DNA of 63,391 nucleotides, filler included, from Reticulomyxa filosa (GCA_000512085.1; 21 parts of 21 records of this genome joined end to end with filler, not necessarily neighbours in it); one strand, 5' to 3'; positions 38,671 to 50,659 are shown, counted from the whole stretch's first letter. Numbers and translations: made by a program. Notes: generated by a model not told the origin, from the letters alone.

Positions 38671-40185
38671 TATCTTTTTTTTTTNNNNNNNNNNNNNNNN
38701 NNNNNNNNNNNNNNNNNNNNNNNNNNNNTTAATTAATTAANNNNNNNNNNNNNNNNNNNNNNNNNNNNNNNNNNNNNNNNNNNNTATCGAATTCGTTTGG
38801 GAAGTGTGATTTATGAATGGTTTAGAATACAAGAGTTTTGTGTTTAAAAAAAGAAATTACAATGCAATCTTCAAAGAAAATATAATGAAAAATGGAAATA
38901 AATCAAATGAATGTGTACCATTACCAATTGAAACTCTCAGTCACGCATAATTGATGTGAAGCATTGTCCACTATTTACAGTTGATATAAATAATTAAACA
39001 TTGCTTTTTTCACTTAATGTATATAAAGATACCGTTAATGCAATACTTTCTTGTAATGATTTGTATAAAATTTCACAAAGTTTATGCAATTGTCAAAATA
39101 GTGTTGCTTGCCATGACCTTTTATCGTAATACGGAGATTACCAAATATTTCTGTTTCATTGACAATATTTCTTCAAAAAAGATTGGAGCTCTTTTGACAT
39201 TTATTAGAGTCAATGATTCAATATTCATATTTCAAAGTTTTTTGATATCCAACGAATGATTTGATTTTTCTTTTTGATTGTTGATTCACTCCGCATTGTT
39301 TGATGATGCTGTTCTTGCAAAATAATCTGTTTTTGCAGAAATTATTTCTTCTGCATTTTTGATTGAGTTCATTCGATGTTGGATTTGCTCATCAGGAAAG
39401 TTAGTACTTGCTTCAACATTTTTGTGTATGTCTTTTCTTCTTCATTTGAGGCTCCATCATTTGCACTGACTGTGAACTTAGCGTGTTCTAGTCCTTGTAA
39501 AAACAATACATTAATTCAAATTGTTTAGAAAGAAACACAAAATAAGCAATATTCTTTTAACTTCAATCTTCTCTCAAATGAATTCGAATCAATAGACCCA
39601 ATCGTTTCCTGCCAATTTTACTTGACGATGATACAACAGTTTTTTTACATTGAAAAAACAGTCCCAATCACCAATCAAATTACAAAATATTTTCCACCAA
39701 ACCAAACACGAAAATCATAGCAATTGTATTTTGGAAACGTTTTTACGCATCTTTGGTGTGTTAACATCTGAAGTCACATACCGCATAATTACAAATTCGT
39801 AAAAAGCAGCGACTGATGTTTGATCAATTATGCAAATTGATAAGTTGGATTGGATGAGTAATAGAAGTGTATGTAATCTGAGTATTGCAAACACATAACA
39901 ATGCATTATCACTAGTGTTTTATTTTCATAAATATCATCCACAATCACTCATAGTCTTGATTAGGCAAGTGTCAGCACCTTTTATGGATTTATTATGTTG
40001 ACAATATTCATGTTGTCTCTTTGCTTCTCTCGTAAGTTCATGCTTCTTGAACGATGCATTATTACTTGTTGTATTTCTTGNNNNNNNNNNNNNNNNNNNN
40101 NNNNNNNNNNNNNNNNNNNNNNNNTTAATTAATTAANNNNNNNNNNNNNNNNNNNNNNNNNNNNNNNNNNNNNNNNNNNNAATTA

Positions 40186-40223
<38 letters not shown>

Positions 40224-40290
40224 CTCTTCCTTGTGATGTCACTTCTAGGCTGTTGTATACATCATACATATACACACACATACACACAAA

Positions 40291-41445
40291 CTAACGGAAA
40301 ATGGCCGGAAACAACGCAACGGCCCATGCAATTCGCAAGAAGAAATTGACTACCATGACGACATAATAGACAGCAGGTGGAAAGCGAAGGTTTTTTCGCA
40401 GGAATTTGTGTTGAACCTTGGTTTGAAGTAAACCCCAGTCACACATGACGTCCCAACTGTACAGATACAACGTCGTCAAGGCACCAGAGACAATACGTAT
40501 AATCAACAAACTGGACGAAGGTGCACGTGCATAATAAATCGACACAATTGCGACTACCAATGCGACCAAATACTTACCGGCGTTCAATATATGATTGCCA
40601 CGGCTGAACAGCGTACGAATTTGATTTTGAGTGTTGTTGTCCACCATTCGACGTATACACTGCCAAAATCGAATCCAATCTATGTGTATGTGTATTGGAT
40701 AGATGATGCCATTTTTTTTTTAACAAAAAAAAAAAAAAAAAAAATGCACTCACAGAAACAATACACACAATTACATATAATAAAAAAAGAATACGCACAA
40801 GGTATAACAACTAATGCAGAGATAGCCGCCTTAAGATCTTTTGCATCACAAACCGGTGATTCCTTGTTTTTCCTATAGATCTCCACTGTTTATCTCCGGA
40901 GAAAAAAAAAAAAAAAGTTTGACTTTGTGTATAGAGCACGCATGCATACATATACATATACATATATGTATTATAGACATTAGATCAAAACTTTGTTAAA
41001 TAACATAAAGTGAAGCAAAGATCGACGACAATGGTAAAAAGACTGGTCCACTGATCTGCCATAAAGAAGTCGATGAACAGCACTTCTTTGAACGGCGCTC
41101 CGATCTGTCGAATCAAACTCCGCAGCAGAAACTTTCGGCTGGACCAGGTGGTTTGCCAAGGATAGAACAGCCCAATCGCCCAGAGGATGAGCCAAGCGAC
41201 GCATACATCAGCCGGACTCCAGGGTACAAAGTTGTATGCATACGCGATGAACGACAGAAGCCAAGCAGTACGAGCAGTGACACGAGAGCGGCCAAGCGAA
41301 AGATGTCACGAGACCGCATCACCAACGCCGGGTCCGCTTCCATTATGAACGGGTGATTGAATTTTTTTTTTTCGAAATAGTACACGTCAAACCCCCACAA
41401 CCATAAGTATACGCACAATAGCGACGTTGCCTCCAAAATGTACCT
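40291..41445 (-). CDS. EXS-domain protein (XPR1/SYG1/PHO1/ERD1 family), internal exons
   Basis: WLWGFDVYYF..NHPFIME; FIDFFMADQWTSL; RFWQCIRR; ILNAGKY; YSWDVMCDWGL; NFFLRIAW. Confidence 0.9.
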
Positions 41446-41569
41446 TTTTCCAAAAAAAAAAAAAAAAAANNNNNNNNNNNNNNNNNNNNNNNNNNNNNNN
41501 NNNNNNNNNNNNNTTAATTAATTAANNNNNNNNNNNNNNNNNNNNNNNNNNNNNNNNNNNNNNNNNNNN

Positions 41570-41608
<39 letters not shown>

Positions 41609-41609
41609 G

Positions 41610-42164
41610 TTATTCAAAAGGGACGATGTTGACACAATATCCTTTATTGTTATCATGTGTTCCTCCCACTGGAGTAGAGACGACGATGAGAAAGGAGAAG
41701 AGTAACATGAGCACAATGATCGCCTTTCCGATAACGTGCACCCAGACTTTTATTTCACTTTCCACGCGCTTATTTAGTATTGCGTGTGTTCTTCCTACTA
41801 GCCAATAGTACATCCCACTTCTTGCCAGTAACCATCCTGCTATTTGAATCGTCACTAGTGCTCGGCAGTTGTACAATGACTTGTTCTTTATGCAAGAGAT
41901 GCTGTTCAGTAATTCGATCCACACGTACAATAATGATCCCAATAGAAATGCAATGTGAGATATTGCTATTTTCCTGGTTTTGTGGTCTTTCCACACCACT
42001 GATATCTCCAGTCTTTGCTGGTTCAAGCGAACCAACACTACCAACAACACCACCACAAAACATATCACTGACCCAGTTAGATTTGCCACACAGACCGTGT
42101 CTCGCAAATCATTCTTTTCACTTTCTTCTGAAGTAGATATCGAAGTTGTCGTAATACTCGTCAT
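41610..42164 (-). CDS. Multi-TM receptor-like protein (GPCR-like), N-terminal exon
   Basis: Four hydrophobic helices, Cys before TM3 (NCRALV), YYWLVGR at the TM3 end, and an extracellular-loop Cys (GYCV). Confidence 0.5.
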   Translation of the reverse strand: MTSITTTSISTSEESEKNDLRDTVCVANLTGSVICFVVVLLVVLVRLNQQRLEISVVWKDHKTRKIAISHIAFLLGSLLYVWIELLNSISCIKNKSLYNCRALVTIQIAGWLLARSGMYYWLVGRTHAILNKRVESEIKVWVHVIGKAIIVLMLLFSFLIVVSTPVGGTHDNNKGYCVNIVPFE

Positions 42165-42730
42165 TATTTTTTTTTTTGTTGAAGACAGCTACCCGTGCTG
42201 CAAAGCTCGGAAAACCTCTTTGCTGTTGTTGTCAATTGGAAAAAAACAAACTACAAAATCCCTTTACAGCATCCGTTTTTGTTTGTCAGTCTTTTCAGGG
42301 CCCCCGGAAACGCGCTTAACAAAATTTTTTTTTTTGAAAATACTCCATCTTGAGAAACTTCAAGCAAGAAGGATGACTGCTCGTCTCTCAAGATCATCGC
42401 GCCAATCAAGGCACAATCAAGAGGTGTTGATTAACTGTTTACTTTGTTTCATTCTGCATGATTTCATTCTCCCTTCCCCCCCCCCCCTTCTTCCACTCCC
42501 CGTTGGCAAGTAGACAACAAAAAAAAAAATATAGTACCAAGATTTGTACTTTCAGTTTCTGCGAAAATGGAAGAGTCATATCCANNNNNNNNNNNNNNNN
42601 NNNNNNNNNNNNNNNNNNNNNNNNNNNNTTAATTAATTAANNNNNNNNNNNNNNNNNNNNNNNNNNNNNNNNNNNNNNNNNNNNTATATATATATGTGTA
42701 TATGTATGTGTGTAAATGTTTGTGTAAAAG

Positions 42731-44010
42731 TGCCGTCAAAAGGTGAAAAACTGAATCCATTTTGGATAACATTTGGTAAGTACTCAAAGAAGAGTAAGGA
42801 GTTGGTGTTGTCGCGAGCACTAGGACTATGTTACGGAGGAGCGATTGGCGACTCAATGGGCAGTTACATGAAGCTTGGAGCGAAAGACCTGAACGAAAGC
42901 ATAGTGGACAAGGCGATGGAAATGAGTGGAGAGAGTTGTCGATATTCTCAGAAGATGAGCAGCGGACAGACAACAGACGCATCAGAGATGGCAATGTGTG
43001 TGGCGAGAGGACTGCTGCACATGACTGAGGCAAATTTCAGACGACAAGAGGACAGTTCACAACAACAACAACAAGTGACGATGCGCTACATTGTGCAAGA
43101 ATACAAGATATGGAAACAGACTAATCCCGTGGATAGAAGCGCGTGGGTAAACCGCGTGAAGAACTCTGACGATCTTGACATGATAAGAAAAAAAGCGTTG
43201 GACAATAACGAGATGCTTAAAAAAGAGAGCAAACTCGGCGTGACAACCAACGGCAGTTTGATTCGTGTCATGCCATTGATCGTGTATACTTTGCGTTTGC
43301 CTGCGGATACGACCTTTGAGTTGATTCGCTTGGAAAGCTCACTCACTCATGCCAGCCATGTCGTATATTATGCCATCACCGCCTACGCGCTGACAGCTCA
43401 ATATCTTCTACGCTTTCCTTGCCAAGATAAACGTCATGAACATGCCATCAATTTTGCTTTGGAGTTTTTGAATGAACAACTCAAATGTGCCGACCATACA
43501 CAGATGCATAATCGCGCCATTTCTGAAGTCAAATCCTGGATTGATGATGCTGTTTCCATTGCCAAAAAAAACAATAATAATAACTCTTCTTCTTCTTCTT
43601 CTTCTCCTTTTTTATACTCCGAAAAATGGATCAAAGATAGAATCAACCTGACAACTGCTTATGTCCAAGATCAACCTACACATATCAAAACTGGTCTTCA
43701 ATTAGCCTTTTATCATTTGTACCTTGCCAACTCCTTTGAACAAGTGATGAAAGAAACTCTTTCATTTGGCGGCGCTGCCAATAACAACTGCTGCATTGTC
43801 GGCGGCTTGCTCGGAGCTCTCCATGGGATTGATCATCTTGCACAGTTCAGATCCAAAATTGACAACTGGAAACCTTCACCCGAGACCAGCACCTCCGCCA
43901 AAAGGGAACCTTATCAAGCCAAACACTACGCTGAGTACCTTCCTCTTCTGCTTAAGTTCGCTCTCCATCCTAGGCAACACAAAATCGCTGACACTGTGCC
44001 AACTTTATAA
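42731..44010 (+). CDS. ADP-ribosylglycohydrolase (ARH/DraG)-fold protein, last exon, degenerate active site
   Basis: ALGLCYGGAIGDSMG; GQTTDASEM; TNGSLIRVMPL; SSLTH; SFGGAANNNCCIVGGLLGALHG. Confidence 0.85.
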
Positions 44011-44633
44011 ATTACTTTTTTTTTTTTTTTTTTTTCTCTTCTCCTCCTCCTCCTCCAGAGATTTTTCTTCTTTTTCTTTGAATAATCGCATCGTCCGAAT
44101 CAATAGTAATTTTGTTTCTTTTCTGCATCTTCAAGCGCACTCTTTTTTTGGTGAATGATTTGGATTGACGTTTTCTAAAAATTGTTGATCATTTGATTTT
44201 TTTTTTATCTTTCTTTTTGTTTTAGTTGTTAGAAAACTTGTTTCAGCCATTTTTCTCTTTTTTTTTTGGTGTCATTTGGATACATACATTATTCAAACAC
44301 CAACATATTTCATATTTATATCCATTTTTTGATGCATAAGACCCCTTCTTTCCATTAGTAGTTTTCTTCTTCTTTTTTTTTATGTGTTGAAATTTACAAA
44401 AATAAATCGACACCTACAAATTATTAATTTTTAGTTGTTTTTTTTACCAGCAAAAAGCGAGAAAAGTTTTCAATTATTTTTTTTTTTGCCGAAGAGTGAA
44501 TGAAAAAGAAAAGAAATTGGTGAGAGTGGTTCACGATTTATTTGTTTAAAAAAAGATTATGAAAGAGATCGAGTATTGTTATCAACCAATATTTTGTACG
44601 AAAAAATTTTTTTTAAAAAAAAAAAAAAAAAGA

Positions 44634-45631
44634 TTACAACACAGTCCAACAGCCATCAATAGGAATCGAAGTGCCATTGATGACATCACTGGCCTCTTGA
44701 CACAAATGATCGACCATATGTGCGACATGATGAGGCTGAACAAACTCTCCTTTGGGCATTTTTTCCGAAACCAAAGCAAACGACTCTTGTTCATAATTGC
44801 GGTTGGATTTTTTCATCCTCTCGTAAATCTGTTTTTGGACCAACTCGGTCTCCACCCAACCGGGACAGATAACATTGCAAGTGCAGTTGACCTGTTTGAA
44901 CAACGGCTGACAAAGTTCCAGACCGATCGACTTCGTCATCCCAACGAGTCCATGTTTCGCCGCAACATAGGCCGATTTATTGGGGGACGCCACCAATCCA
45001 TGTGTCGATGCGATGTTTATTATACGTCCCCATTTGTGTTCTTTATATACATATACGTATATGTATATTATATACGTATATAATTTTCAAAGTTATAACT
45101 TTTTTTTTTTTGGAAAAAAAACAAACCAATAATGCCAGGTAACACACATTTGATCAAGATAAAAGGCGCGTCCAACATAACGTGCATCATGTTGTGGTAG
45201 ATATCCAACGGAAATTCGTGGATTGGCGAAACGTGTTGGAAGCCGGCGTTGTTTACTAAAATGTTGACCGGACGCTTCATCACTTTGCACGACTCGTCAT
45301 ACAGTTTAAGCACTTCGCTATCTTTGGTCAGGTCTGCGGGTATGTAGTGCGCTTGGTTCTTCTGTTCCGGAACTAAGGACGCTTTCACTTCGGATAATGC
45401 CTTGTCTACATTGCCATATCCCGTTAGCACCACGTTGCAACCACGAGAGGCGAGACGCTTCGCTACTGCCAAGCCGATCCCGGAAGTGCTTCCGGTTATT
45501 AGGGCGTACTGTCCACTCAGACGATTGGAATCGACATTTTGTCCACTTGTTAGTGGTCGAACGGACAATACAAAGTCCTTTGGTTTCAGTTTGGAAAGGG
45601 AAGACCTCGTGCCCGTAGCAATGGCCAACAT
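44634..45631 (-). CDS. D-3-hydroxybutyrate dehydrogenase (bacterial-type SDR), 303 aa, one intron
   Basis: Exons 45631-45127 and 45040-44634 join in frame. Motifs TGSTSGIG, NNAGFQHVSP, IINIASTHGLVASPNKSAYVAAKHG, CPGWVETELVQKQI. Confidence 0.9.
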
Positions 45632-46114
45632 TTTCGAAAATATTATAGTTTTTTTTTAAGCGTACTGGCTTTTTCCACACTTCTCTTTGAAATCTTTAAC
45701 TTGATGCGTACTATTTATATGGAAGAATACAAAAAAAATAATTTTTTTTTGCAAAATTGTTTCCAAACTGTCTCATTGTTTCCCTATTAATGCTTGGAAC
45801 AACTTACACAGTATCCATAAAGTCTTAGCCGCACAAGTTTTTAAAATTTTGATAGAAAGATTTACATGTTTAAAAATTACACCAAAATTTTTGACTGCCT
45901 TGTTCCACAAAAAAAACTGAAGGGACCAGCTTGTCTACTGCGTGTACAAAAGCAAAGTCGTCAGAGTGAGTTTTTTGTCTGACCTTTTTACTTTTGAAAC
46001 GTTTTTTGTTGTCTGTGTCGCTCTCACGTATGTCTGTGCATCTATCTTCTCTTATCAATAAGTTGTAATTATTTGTCAATTTTGTGTCCTAACAGCAACG
46101 TAGAATAAGAAACA

Positions 46115-46465
46115 ATGAAGCTGTACTTAATTCTCTCCGTAGTGGCATTGTTATTATGCATCCCAACACAAGCAGGATTGTGGGGACTAATTTTTGGTGT
46201 CGCTGGTGGATATGCCGCATGTCAGACCGCATGTAATGCCGGCTGGGTGACCTGTTACGGTGCAGCAGGCCTTGTCGCAGGTTTTTTTTTATTTTTTGAG
46301 ACTGCCAAGTATAACGGGGTTAAAAACTTTGGTATGTGTTTTATGAATTGATTGACAACAGGTGCAGCTACTGGAGGCGCCGCACTCCCGGCCGCAGCGC
46401 TTGTCTGTAATGCAGTACAAGGCACATGCATGGCCTCTTGCGCTATCGCTTTTTTAGTTGCCTAA
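46115..46465 (+). CDS. Small secreted Cys-rich Gly/Ala-rich protein, copy A (89 aa)
   Basis: Exons 46115-46280 and 46362-46465. Signal peptide ending PTQA, then YAACQTACNAGWVTCYGAAGLVAGAATGGAALPAAALVCNAVQGTCMASCA. Confidence 0.9.
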
Positions 46466-47270
46466 TTTAAAATGTTTAAGCTTTTTTTTTGTCGTTGGGT
46501 GTGCCCAATAAGTGTCATAATCCGATAAAATTTTTTTAAAAAAAATGTTATTTCCGGAAATTTAAAAACAAACCAAAAAAAATTACTAATTGCCTTGTGT
46601 CAATGGCATTTCATCCTTGTACTTCATAAACAATAAGCGATCTCAATTTTTTGATATAAGAACTGTCATAGAATTAGTGCTGCTTGATTTGCAGCTATTT
46701 TTATCCCTGAAAAGTCTTGTAAATTTTCCTTTATCATTTTGCACTTAGCACGGAGTAAGCCTGCCTTTTTTTTTTTTGTTGGCACTAAACTGCAGTTGAG
46801 AATTTGACTTGTTTTAGTTTGAAATTTTTGTTACGTTTTAAACATGTGCAAGTTTTTATATTTCCTTTCTTTGTTAACTTGTACAAAAAAATGATTGCAG
46901 CTTCTTTCAATTATTTTCTCTATCAAGAAGGAAGGTCAGTGTCTTTGAGTGACAAATGGTTTTTCTTCGATAAAAAGCATAATATTCATTTTAAAAAACA
47001 TTAAACAATTACAAACTTTTAAAAATAATCAATAATATTGCATCAAAAAAGTAAAAGAGCCAAAAAAAAGAAAATATGTTAATCAAAGCTATTAGTTGAT
47101 AACAACTCATTTAATTATCCAAAGGAATATTTTCACAATAATTTTTATTCTTCATCTTACCAAAAGGGTAAAACAGTATTTTTGAACCAAGCTTGTGCTG
47201 AAAAAAAATTGAACGTAAGGGTCTCTTTTTGCTCTGCCAACATTTTTGCATATTTCTAACAGAGAAACAA

Positions 47271-47597
47271 ATGAGAAGCTTTTTCATTTTATTAGTAACA
47301 ATTTTGCTGAGCTTGCCAACGCAAGCAGGATTGATTGGTGCCGTTCTTGGGGCTGCTGGTGGGTACGCGGCTTGCCAAACAGCTTGTAATGCTGGTTGGG
47401 TGACTTGCTATGGGGCAGCAGGGCTTGTTGCAGGTATTTTCATTATTTAAACTTTTTTTCGAACATAATTATATTTTTTATTTGGCTGAACAGGTGCAGC
47501 CACTGGAGGAGCTGCGCTCCCGGCCGCAGCTCTTGCCTGTAATTTAGTGCAGGGTGCTTGTATGGCGTCGTGCGCTGCCGCTTTTTTGGTCGTCTAA
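47271..47597 (+). CDS. Small secreted Cys-rich Gly/Ala-rich protein, copy B (88 aa)
   Basis: Exons 47271-47433 and 47494-47597; same intron position and the same six Cys as copy A. Confidence 0.9.
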
Positions 47598-47962
47598 ACT
47601 TGTTGAAAAGGGGGGACTGACTTAGTCAATCTTTTTTTTGGATGGATCTTTTTTTTGTGGTTTGCATATTGGAAGTGTCGTACAGGCAACAAATAAAGCG
47701 CTTCAGCTTTGTTTTCAATGTCTTGATATAATAACTGAAACTCAATAAGTGCAAAAAACTCGCTCGATTTTTTTTTCACAAGAATTAACTTGTATAACAA
47801 CAATTCATTAAATATTGTAGGTATTTAAAGGTATCCGTAAAACTCTTTTTTCCGCTCGAACTAAAAAAACAGGGAAAGTAAAGGAAGACAGGCTTTTTTA
47901 CACAAATGTAAGTACAGTGACTTTTTTTTTCCCTCCCTTTTTATGCTATGAAATAAAAGAAC

Positions 47963-48551
47963 ATGGCCAACTATGCAAAGCTGCCAGTGAGTGTTTTAAA
48001 TCCAGGCAAAAGGACGGAAAGCGAAGACAGTGACTCGTTAGGAGAGGATTATGAGGACGATGATGGAGACGAAGACACAGGACAGCAGCTGATAATAAGC
48101 CAAAGCGAGAGAAGAGAAGGACAACCGACGACAAAAATGCAAGGAAACGAATCGCTTCAAAGCTACTTTGACTTTGATGACAACGAGGATAGCGTTGGAT
48201 ATTCGTTTGCTCAAAAGTGTTTGTTTTTTGCCCTGTTTATCCTCGGTATGTTTTTTTGTTTTTTTTTTTTTTTATTTTTTTTAAGTGAAGTAACAAATAC
48301 TACAAAAAAAAAATATATATATTTATATATATGTATATGTACATATATAAAAGGTGTAACAGTGGGAGTGTTAGTAACAATTCTCTTCGTATCACACCGA
48401 ACGGAATCAGAACAGTTTGATCACATATTCAGGGCGACAGTGACCACCCCAACGTCCACTCCAACCACATTTTATGATTCCCTCCAACGTCTTAACCAAA
48501 CATTTACCTCGCTCGTCCCATCACCATCGACTCACAATAATAATAATAATG

Positions 48552-48600
<49 letters not shown>

Positions 48601-48731
48601 TAATAATAATTACAATGCGGTAAAATCACCAACATCGACATCGACATCGACATCAAAACCAACATCAACATCAACATCAAAACCAACATCAAACCAACAT
48701 CAAAACCAACATCAAAACCAACATCAAAACC
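47963..48731 (+). CDS. Type II membrane protein N-terminus (acidic tail, TM, Thr/Asn-rich stalk), truncated
   Basis: Acidic N-terminus; TM CLFFALFILG|VTVGVLVTILFV across an intron at about 48246-48353; then T/P/S-rich and poly-N sequence. Confidence 0.55.
48535..48731 (+). repeat. (AAT)n microsatellite followed by CAACAT/CAAAAC hexamer-based repeat
   Basis: aataataat... at 48535-48610; acatcg / acatca / aaacca units to the contig end. Confidence 0.9.
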
Positions 48732-48831
48732 NNNNNNNNNNNNNNNNNNNNNNNNNNNNNNNNNNNNNNNNNNNNTTAATTAATTAANNNNNNNNNNNNN
48801 NNNNNNNNNNNNNNNNNNNNNNNNNNNNNNN

Positions 48832-48931
48832 ACTGACAACTGATTACCTAAAGCAAATTTTGTTTGTATGCTACAGCTAGATCAGCAAATGTAAAGTTTA
48901 TATTTGTGCGAATATACACTTTTAATACTTT
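48832..48931 (+). repeat. 100-nt terminal direct repeat, left copy
   Basis: Identical to 50345-50444 (actgacaactgattacc...cacttttaatacttt). Confidence 0.97.
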
Positions 48932-49073
48932 GTTGTTTTTTAAGTCGAGTGTCGGACGTTGTAGATTTTTTTATTTGTTATTTTGCTTGTTATTAAGGAT
49001 TGGTACGTTGATCTCTTCCATTTTAAAAAAATTTCATCATATTTTGAATAATTCTTTCTCGTTGTTGTAGAAA

Positions 49074-49437
49074 ATGAGTGAATCACACGGGTCGGACGAA
49101 CTCTTGACTGTACTTGCAGACAAAAAGGAAGAGCAACCCCTCGAGCAGAGGATTGACTCAGCAAAAACAAGTAGCTACTACCTCTTCTGTCAAACCAACA
49201 AAATTGCAATAAACTAATGAAAGAAAAAAAGGAAAACACTGTACAAAAACAATTTATTTTTTTTGACAACAAAGACAAAGATAAAGATGAAAGCCGTTTT
49301 CCGACTGACACAAGCAACAAATCCGAGGAACAACATTCTGAAGATAAACAAAGCAATGACGACAATGCATTGCGCGTTTGTGAGGGGTGTAGTCTTCGCA
49401 TTGAGTTAAATCAGCACAGTATTCTCGCAAACAACAA

Positions 49438-49475
<38 letters not shown>
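49074..49475 (+). pseudogene. Disrupted ORF ending in half a LIM-like finger followed by a long A run
   Basis: MSESHGSDELL... stop, then ...RVCEGCSLRIELNQHSILANNN directly into the A tract at 49439-49475. Confidence 0.35.
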
Positions 49476-49476
<1 letters not shown>

Positions 49477-50344
49477 AACACAAAAAAACAATAATAAAAA
49501 TTTCAATTTTTAATTTTATTTTTATTTATTTTTTCCGATTATTCGCTGCGAATCAAATTGGGAACAGTCTGCTTACTCGCTATTGTGAGTGCCTTATTCC
49601 TATCATTCTCTGTCCAATACTTTTTCCTTCTTTTTTTCTCTCACTTTCCCCCTCTTTTGTGGTGTAAATTACATCGAATTTACTAATTGCTTTGTCTTCT
49701 TTTGTGTCCAAGGTGCCTGGTGTTGTATTTTACCTAGCCTTTTTTGTTTATTTTTTTTTGAGTGTAGCAGTTTAAGACAACTTTTTTCGAAGAAATTCGA
49801 TTAACATAAGAAAACTTGAGGTTTCAATTCCTTTCGATTAAACCAATCTGTTCATTTGTTGAATTTGATTTCTATGTTTATTGTTATCTACGGACAACAA
49901 TCGAACTCTCCTTCTAGTGCCCTAATGTAGTATACGCGATCATGAAAGATCCGATTCTTCAACATATGTCCTTTTAATCTTTAACTACTTCACAAAAAAA
50001 TTAGTTCTTTTTGTTCATTGACATCGTCCGAAAGATGGGACATAAAATTGTAAAAAGAGCAAAAACAAAAAAGATTAAACTATGTTCAAGGACTGTAATC
50101 ACCAACAAACTTGAAAATTGTTTTTGGAATTTGATCAAAAAGAAAAAATTATTCAACGTGTTGCGAATCATGAAAATTAGCAATACAATTCTTCACATGT
50201 AAAGTTCTTATATTTCAACTCATATCCTTCCAAAAAGGCAAAATTAAAAATTTTAAATACAATTACCGAAACTAAACAATATGATATTATCTAATAAGTA
50301 CACTACATTGTCTGATCAGTACACCACATTGGTTGGATTTCTTA

Positions 50345-50444
50345 ACTGACAACTGATTACCTAAAGCAAATTTTGTTTGTATGCTACAGCTAGATCAGCA
50401 AATGTAAAGTTTATATTTGTGCGAATATACACTTTTAATACTTT
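50345..50444 (+). repeat. 100-nt terminal direct repeat, right copy
   Basis: Identical to 48832-48931; period 1513 bp. Confidence 0.97.
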
Positions 50445-50659
50445 NNNNNNNNNNNNNNNNNNNNNNNNNNNNNNNNNNNNNNNNNNNNTTAATTAATTAA
50501 NNNNNNNNNNNNNNNNNNNNNNNNNNNNNNNNNNNNNNNNNNNNGTAAATATGTAAATGTATACATATATATATATAAATATACGTAATATATATACGTA
50601 CATATATATATGTATACGTACATATATATATACATATATATATATATACAAATTACCAA

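Noticed and set aside
38785-40080. Coding-like minus-strand sequence
   Set aside because: Stops in all frames and no recognisable family; cannot support a call beyond possible decayed DNA.
44559-45083. 174-aa plus-strand ORF and other long antisense ORFs (e.g. 17565-18017, 41980-42513, 60609-61070)
   Set aside because: Shadow frames of well-supported genes on the opposite strand or in another frame; no motifs.
48832-50444. LTR retrotransposon or rRNA/snRNA repeat unit
   Set aside because: The repeats lack TG...CA ends, coincide exactly with contig ends, and enclose no gag/pol or recognisable RNA gene.
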